This document shows, piece after piece, positions 58,783 to 64,000 of a stretch of DNA of 64,000 nucleotides. Position 1 is the stretch's first letter. The number at the start of each line of letters is the position of its first letter. The notes beneath the pieces are model-generated. The model searched no databases. It was not told the DNA's origin and saw only the letters and a list, made by a program, of their open reading frames with translations. Source of the stretch: an uncultured virus (IMG/VR IMGVR_UViG_3300030451_003166) (Duplodnaviria > Heunggongvirae > Uroviricota > Caudoviricetes > Crassvirales); the IMG/VR virus record IMGVR_UViG_3300030451_003166. One strand, written 5' to 3'. A program made the translations under genes and the position numbers.

Positions 58783-59061
58783 ATGACAAACGACGAATTA
58801 AACGACTTAGCAAACAGAATTGTTTCACGTATGGTAAAGCTAAAGTCAATGGAAGACTGGTTTAATCACGTTGGCAATACAAAAGCAGCATGGTCTAGCT
58901 ACGAAGATCTTAACTTATCTGAAGAGGTTGAGGCTCTAGGCGAGGCTGCAAAGCTAATGACTTTGATGAACTTATGTCAAGATGACGAAGAGTACGAAAA
59001 ATGTGCTATCATAAGAAACAGAATGAATGAAGTAAACAAGATATTAAAGAAATACAAATGA
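58783..59061 (+). CDS. hypothetical protein with UVR-like C-terminal motif
   Basis: EEYEKCAIIRNRM; start placed downstream of promoter copy 9. Confidence 0.5.
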   Translation: MTNDELNDLANRIVSRMVKLKSMEDWFNHVGNTKAAWSSYEDLNLSEEVEALGEAAKLMTLMNLCQDDEEYEKCAIIRNRMNEVNKILKKYK

Positions 59062-59897
59062 TGAGAAAAAAACCAATGCTAGCTTATCCAGTTAGCGATA
59101 AACCAATAGACTACAACAACACCATATTTATGCAACCAAAGCTTGATGGCGTACGTTGTCTTATACAATATGATGATGGTAAAGTTACAGCTTATTCACG
59201 TACAGGTAAAGTATGGCAAAACATAGAGCATATCACTGTAAACTTATACAAGTTCTTCGATAAACACCCTAATGTTATACTCGACGGCGAGCTGTATAAT
59301 CATGACTACAAAGATAATTTTGAACAAATCATATCTATGGTCAGAAAAACAAAACCAACAGTAGAGGCACGTGCAGAATCACGCGATAACGTACAGTTTC
59401 ATTGTTATGATATGTGTAATGAAGCAATGCCATTTGTAGATCGTATCAAGTTTATATATGATAACTTAAGAGACTCTTATTGTGTTAGAACTGTCGAATC
59501 AGAATCTGTTCTCAATGATGCAGATGCTAACTCGTTTCACAAATATTGTCTCAAACAAGGTTACGAAGGCTCTATACTACGTATTAACGACGTATACAAG
59601 TGTGGCAGATCATGGTCACTACGTAAGTTCAAAGACTTTCACGACACCGAAGCTACAATCACAGGTTGGGTTGAAGGTAAAGGCAAACGTAAAGGTACTA
59701 TTGGTAAATTTCTAGCTGTTGATGCTGACGGTATAGAGTTCGGTATGCCTGTTATGGATAACTTTAAATATCTACAAGACAACTTCAAACTTATGCAAGG
59801 TTATGTAGGTAAAACAGCTACGTTTACATACTTTGAACGTACTAAAGCTAACAGTTACAGACATCCATTATTTAAATGTATTAGAGATTATGAATAG
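59058..59897 (+). CDS. ATP-dependent DNA ligase
   Basis: QPKLDGVRC, LDGELY, EGSILR, GRS..LRKFK, OB-fold RHP. Confidence 0.9.
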   Translation: MMRKKPMLAYPVSDKPIDYNNTIFMQPKLDGVRCLIQYDDGKVTAYSRTGKVWQNIEHITVNLYKFFDKHPNVILDGELYNHDYKDNFEQIISMVRKTKPTVEARAESRDNVQFHCYDMCNEAMPFVDRIKFIYDNLRDSYCVRTVESESVLNDADANSFHKYCLKQGYEGSILRINDVYKCGRSWSLRKFKDFHDTEATITGWVEGKGKRKGTIGKFLAVDADGIEFGMPVMDNFKYLQDNFKLMQGYVGKTATFTYFERTKANSYRHPLFKCIRDYE

Positions 59898-59990
59898 AAA
59901 TGAACAACAATTTTACAAAGACATTAGCGACTTAACTAAGGCGTTAACAAGACTAGTAAAAATATTAGAAAAATTAGCAAAAGAACAATT

Positions 59991-60473
59991 ATGAATATAT
60001 TTTACTTAGATAAATGCCCTGACAAAGCGGCTAGATTACAATATAATAAACATGTAGTCAAGATGATACTTGAGTCAGCTCAAATGTTGTGTACTGCTCA
60101 TCATGTGTATGGATTTCCAGAAGACGTACCTTACAAACAAGCTCATCTAAACCACCCATCAACTATATGGTGTCGACAAAATAGACATAATTATATGTGG
60201 TTATATAGACACATGATAGCTTTAGGTGATGAATATACAAAGCGTTACAACAAAACACACATGTCTATAACTAAGTGTAAACATGCATTAAGATCTTATC
60301 CAGCATTGATACCTGATGGTGATTTTACACAACCGCCACAAGCTATGCCAGACGAGTATAAAGATGAATGTAGTATACAAGCTTATTGGAATTATTACAT
60401 AGGCGAGAAACACGTAGTAGCAAACCTTAAAACCGAAAAATTATATGAACAAAGACCTCAGGAAACGTATTGA
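59991..60473 (+). CDS. pyrimidine-dimer DNA glycosylase-like (DenV/endonuclease V family) protein
   Basis: MNIFYLD, KHVVKMILESAQML, HLNHPSTIW, EYTKRY.K.H, PQAMPDEY. Confidence 0.7.
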   Translation: MNIFYLDKCPDKAARLQYNKHVVKMILESAQMLCTAHHVYGFPEDVPYKQAHLNHPSTIWCRQNRHNYMWLYRHMIALGDEYTKRYNKTHMSITKCKHALRSYPALIPDGDFTQPPQAMPDEYKDECSIQAYWNYYIGEKHVVANLKTEKLYEQRPQETY

Positions 60474-60548
60474 GGAATTTAATAAAATTAAATATCCTCA
60501 AGATAATGAAACAAGAATAATTATTGCAAGATTAAAACCACAGGGGAC

Positions 60549-60594
60549 TGTGACAACAGCCCCTAATATAAAGGAGTAATAGGCTAATGTCACA
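60549..60594. promoter_or_regulatory. inverted-repeat element TGTGACA-N32-TGTCACA overlapping a start codon
   Basis: Matches 52473-52519 (TGTGACAA.AGC...AGGCT.ATGTCACAA). Confidence 0.6.
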
Positions 60595-61219
60595 AGATAG
60601 AAATATGAAATACCTAAATGACCAACGTATTATATACCGACAACACCCTAAAACAGATATACCTGACATCGAAAACGAAATGTATATGTTTTATGAAAAC
60701 GGTACTCATCAATGCTATGAGTTGTTTAGAAGTAAAGCTAAAATAACGACGTACAAATCATTAAAGTGGCACTTGCTTGTACTATGGTATTTAAACCCTC
60801 AGCTAGACCAAGACGAGTTCTTAAAACTAGCAGAAGTAATAACACATAAACCAAACGGCTTTGTAAGCTTTAATATATCTAACGCATTGTTAAATAAAAT
60901 GGTATATGAGGTTAGCATGTTAGACTTAGAAGAACCACCTAAAAATAAATTACGTAAAGTAATATTCAAACCATTTACAGGTTTAACTAAAGAAGAAAAA
61001 CTAAGCATTGTAGGTAAATTAATAGGTCGTAGTATTAAAGTATGTGCAGATGATATTTATGAAGTTATGGTAGATTTAAATGATATGGGTAAAAAGATTA
61101 CTATAGGTAGAATAGCGGGTTTGCTAGACTGCTCTAGTAGAACAATACATAGAAATATGTGTACACAATTAAAAAGAGAAAAAGAATTATTAAACAAACA
61201 ACTATGGGAGGACCAATAA
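60587..61219 (+). CDS. HTH DNA-binding protein, possible replication initiator/regulator
   Basis: C-terminal KITIGRIAGLLDCSSRTIHRNM HTH. Confidence 0.6.
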   Translation: MSQDRNMKYLNDQRIIYRQHPKTDIPDIENEMYMFYENGTHQCYELFRSKAKITTYKSLKWHLLVLWYLNPQLDQDEFLKLAEVITHKPNGFVSFNISNALLNKMVYEVSMLDLEEPPKNKLRKVIFKPFTGLTKEEKLSIVGKLIGRSIKVCADDIYEVMVDLNDMGKKITIGRIAGLLDCSSRTIHRNMCTQLKREKELLNKQLWEDQ

Positions 61220-61830
61220 ATAAAAACTTAATGGAAGATCTTTTAACAGAAGAACAGTTAAGTATTATATCTCATGAATACAAAAGTGGTTTGTATGCTA
61301 TATGTGGAGTTCCAAACTCAGGTAAAACTACTAGCATGAGATTTTTATGTAAAATAAAAAACGCAGCAATGTGTGAAAGAGGTAGTAAAAATAAATCTAA
61401 TCCAGTGATGTTAGATAACCAATGGCCAAACCCACACGATTTTACTATAGCTTCGGATGATAGTAATTGTCCAAGTGTTAGAGCTATGCGTAAAGAGTAT
61501 ACTGGTTACTCGCACTTGTTATATTTAAAAAACTACATAAAGTTTTGCAGTAAAAACTACGATATAGTATGTATAGATGAGCCTGAGTTTCCGTTACAAT
61601 ATGATGGTAATGAAAAAGACTCTGTAGAAGCTATGAAAGAAGTTAAACAACTAGCTAACGATTTAGGTGTTATCTTAATAATGACAACACACTGCAAAGA
61701 CTTTTTGTTATTGTCAGACAAAGCATTTTTTATAGACGGAAGACAGGTGCCAGCAACAAAACCAATACCATGGGAAAAACATACAGAACTAAAACAAATA
61801 GTAAAAAAAATAAACAATGAAACATTATAA
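61159..61830 (+). CDS. P-loop NTPase (true start probably 61204 or 61231)
   Basis: Walker A GVPNSGKT, Walker B IVCIDE. Confidence 0.65.
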   Translation: MYTIKKRKRIIKQTTMGGPINKNLMEDLLTEEQLSIISHEYKSGLYAICGVPNSGKTTSMRFLCKIKNAAMCERGSKNKSNPVMLDNQWPNPHDFTIASDDSNCPSVRAMRKEYTGYSHLLYLKNYIKFCSKNYDIVCIDEPEFPLQYDGNEKDSVEAMKEVKQLANDLGVILIMTTHCKDFLLLSDKAFFIDGRQVPATKPIPWEKHTELKQIVKKINNETL

Positions 61831-62575
61831 TATAAGAAACTATATAGCGTATAAAAACGATTTAGAGTCTACACTAAAAAGACTACAAACTAAAGAGTAC
61901 AAAGATTATACTAGAGATGAACTTGTTACTAAGTTTATGCCGCTTGTAGAAAACTTAGCTAGAAAGTTTGCGACAACACAACAAGCTTCAGGTGTTATGA
62001 CAATACTAGACTTAATACAAGAAGGTAATCTATGTCTATGCAAAGCTGTTGATCGTATAGACTGGGAAAAACTAAATGAGTCAGACGATAAAGAAAAAAC
62101 AATAAAATCCTTTTTATCTAAAAGAATAAAAGGTGGTATACGTAGAGCTATTGATATTAATAGAGGTCAGATGCGTTTACCCGAACACGTAACAAACAGT
62201 ATACGTAAAAACTTTGGTAAAGACAAAAAGTCTGTAGCAATGTTCTTCAACTCTATATTTCTAAGTATAGATGCAGGACCAAGAGATGATGATGATATGC
62301 TTTATCAGATTGAAGACCCAACAGAGCCTTACAACCAAGAGTTTTTAAATATATACTTAATGAGTTTGTTAAAACAACATCTTGATATAAAAGAATATGA
62401 GGTGTTACGTATGAGCTATGGTCTTGATTGTGACAAGCATTCTGCTGCAGAAATCGCCAAACATCTAGGTATAAAAGGCACTAGCTCTTACGTGCGTGTT
62501 TCACAGTTAAAAAAGCAAGCCGTCGACAAGCTTATAGCTAACGTTGATCACTCGCAAGTGGTTGATTTTCTTTAA
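61817..62575 (+). CDS. phage sigma-70-family RNA polymerase sigma factor
   Basis: PLVENLARKF, DLIQEGNLCL, IRRAI, RLPEH, region 4 EYEVLRMSYGL...EIAKHLGI...VRVSQLKKQAVDKL. Confidence 0.85.
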   Translation: MKHYNIRNYIAYKNDLESTLKRLQTKEYKDYTRDELVTKFMPLVENLARKFATTQQASGVMTILDLIQEGNLCLCKAVDRIDWEKLNESDDKEKTIKSFLSKRIKGGIRRAIDINRGQMRLPEHVTNSIRKNFGKDKKSVAMFFNSIFLSIDAGPRDDDDMLYQIEDPTEPYNQEFLNIYLMSLLKQHLDIKEYEVLRMSYGLDCDKHSAAEIAKHLGIKGTSSYVRVSQLKKQAVDKLIANVDHSQVVDFL

Positions 62576-62584
62576 GTTATAAAC

Positions 62585-62614
62585 TTAAAAGCGTACGCGC
62601 TATGTGTGATTATA
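62585..62614 (+). promoter_or_regulatory. putative middle/late-class promoter TTAAA-N16-GTGATTATA
   Basis: Upstream of ERF gene; same downstream box as 20005. Confidence 0.5.
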
Positions 62615-62641
62615 TATATAACAATTTAAACCAATATACCA

Positions 62642-63208
62642 ATGAAAGATTTAAACCAAAAGCTAGCTCAAATACAAACTGAGCTAAAAGCAAAAAAATC
62701 GAGTTACAACTCGTTCGGTAAATACTATTTTAGAAAAGCCGAAGACATTTTAGAGGCTGTAAAGCCTTTCCTATTAAAGCATAACGTTACAGTTATAATT
62801 AATGAAGAATTAGTTGTAATTGAATCTATTAACGCTCCAATGCTTAAATCAACAGCAACTATATCAGATGGCGAGAATGCTATACACGCAACTTCTATGG
62901 TGGGTGTAGACTTAAACCAGAAAGGTATGCAAACAGCACAACAGTTTGGCGCTGCTTCATCTTACGGTAAAAAGTATGCACTTGGTAATTTATTCTTGAT
63001 CGATGACACTCAAGACGCTGATGGTAGTAATAACCATGGCAAGTCTAAAGCTGTGTCAAAAATTAAACAAGCTGCAAAACCAGCTATAACAAAAGAACAA
63101 ATGGCTAAAGCTGTTGAATATGTAGCTGCAGGCGGTAACGTTGATGCTATTGAAACTAAATATAAACTAACAGATGAACAAAGAAAAAATCTTACAACGG
63201 CTAAATAA
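62642..63208 (+). CDS. ERF-family single-strand annealing protein
   Basis: YNSFGKYYFRKAEDILEAVKP, QQFGAASSYGKKYALGNLFLIDDTQDAD. Confidence 0.8.
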   Translation: MKDLNQKLAQIQTELKAKKSSYNSFGKYYFRKAEDILEAVKPFLLKHNVTVIINEELVVIESINAPMLKSTATISDGENAIHATSMVGVDLNQKGMQTAQQFGAASSYGKKYALGNLFLIDDTQDADGSNNHGKSKAVSKIKQAAKPAITKEQMAKAVEYVAAGGNVDAIETKYKLTDEQRKNLTTAK

Positions 63209-63905
63209 CGATGAGGACTACTATGGTGAGTTTGGCAAGCAGTTCCTTTCTAACTCAGATATAGGAACGTTGTTAAAAAACCCATTAGGTCTTCACGTTA
63301 AAAGGCCAACAACACCAGCATTTGTTGTAGGTGGTTATTTTCACACGTGTATACTAGAACCAGATAAACTAGAGAGTTTTAAAGTTATAAAGTCTAAAAC
63401 ACGTAATACCAAAGAGTACAAAGAAATGTCAGGTGGAGAGCTGTGCTTATTGCAGCACGAGGTTGATGAGATATTATTAATGAGAGATAAGATGATGAGT
63501 AACGATATTTGTAGAGATCTTATACAAAATTCACAAACCGAATACGAACAACCTGGGATAATAAAATTGTTCGACAACATGTGGAAAGGTAAAGCTGATA
63601 TTGTTAATCATGAAGAAAAGTTAATAATAGATCTGAAAACAACAGCTGATATTGACAAGTTCAAATGGTCAGCTTCAAAGTATAACTATGATTCACAAGC
63701 ATACATATACAGTAAAATGTTTGGGTATGAAATGTTATTCGTAGTTATAGATAAGAACACCAAACAAATCGGTATGTTCGACTGTTCACCAGAGTTTTAT
63801 AAACGAGGTGAGGACAAGGTGAGTAAAGCAAGCGAAGCTTATGACTTGTTTTACAAGACCAAGGATTTTGATCCTAAACAGTATTTCATAAGCAAAACCC
63901 TTTAA
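63174..63905 (+). CDS. RecE/exonuclease VIII-like PD-(D/E)xK nuclease
   Basis: LSNSDI, G..FH..ILEP, WKGKAD, IIDLKTT, YDSQAYIY. Confidence 0.8.
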   Translation: MNKEKILQRLNNDEDYYGEFGKQFLSNSDIGTLLKNPLGLHVKRPTTPAFVVGGYFHTCILEPDKLESFKVIKSKTRNTKEYKEMSGGELCLLQHEVDEILLMRDKMMSNDICRDLIQNSQTEYEQPGIIKLFDNMWKGKADIVNHEEKLIIDLKTTADIDKFKWSASKYNYDSQAYIYSKMFGYEMLFVVIDKNTKQIGMFDCSPEFYKRGEDKVSKASEAYDLFYKTKDFDPKQYFISKTL

Positions 63906-63917
63906 ACCAAATTAATT

Positions 63918-64000
63918 ATGGCTAGAACAAAAATGAAAGTATGTGACGTTACAGGTATGAAAACATCTGCAAACAATTTTTACAAAAACCAAAGTCATGT
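63918..64000 (+). CDS. 3'-truncated hypothetical protein
   Basis: MARTKMKVCDVTGMKTSANNFYKNQSH runs off the window. Confidence 0.45.
   Translation, partial: MARTKMKVCDVTGMKTSANNFYKNQSH

Noticed and set aside
1..64000. Stop-codon reassignment
   Set aside because: Long genes are intact and tightly packed under the standard code, and all three stop codons appear to terminate genes
1..64000. Prophage, integrase, introns or inteins
   Set aside because: No integrase, att context or host genes; terminase, RNR and ligase have ordinary lengths without intein motifs

Overview
A 64-kb segment of an AT-rich tailed dsDNA phage genome (standard genetic code), podovirus-like in architecture and most likely infecting marine Bacteroidota/Flavobacteriia. 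The host is inferred from A-rich, SD-less translation starts, a T9SS-like C-terminus and a beta-barrel-like gene. Layout: the end of a + strand nucleotide-metabolism block (endonuclease, class II RNR); a ~50-kb - strand late/structural block; a divergent non-coding switch region at ~52.4-52.9 kb; and a + strand early/middle block (many small ORFs, DNA ligase, DenV-like glycosylase, HTH protein, sigma-70-type factor, ERF recombinase, RecE-like exonuclease). The late block holds an M15 endolysin, a cell-envelope cassette, a 3135-aa putative ejection protein, a 2500-aa tail protein, capsid, scaffold, portal, terminase, holin, GroEL/GroES and an array of Lys-rich proteins. Most notable: (1) nine exact copies of a non-host-type promoter motif AAATACG-N10-GATAATA in the early region, together with a sigma-like segment embedded in the 3135-aa protein, suggesting an injected sigma factor; (2) a second promoter class nTAAn-N15-GTRAYWWTW in front of late/middle genes; (3) about eleven Lys-rich genes sharing an FKMKG-x-x-YPG tag and/or S-P-x-K motifs that separate small modules, with a similarly tagged zincin protease in the late block; (4) several structured intergenic RNAs, one tRNA-like; (5) a TGTGACA...TGTCACA element at the switch region and over the start of an HTH gene. 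All functional calls come from manual motif recognition; no searches were run.
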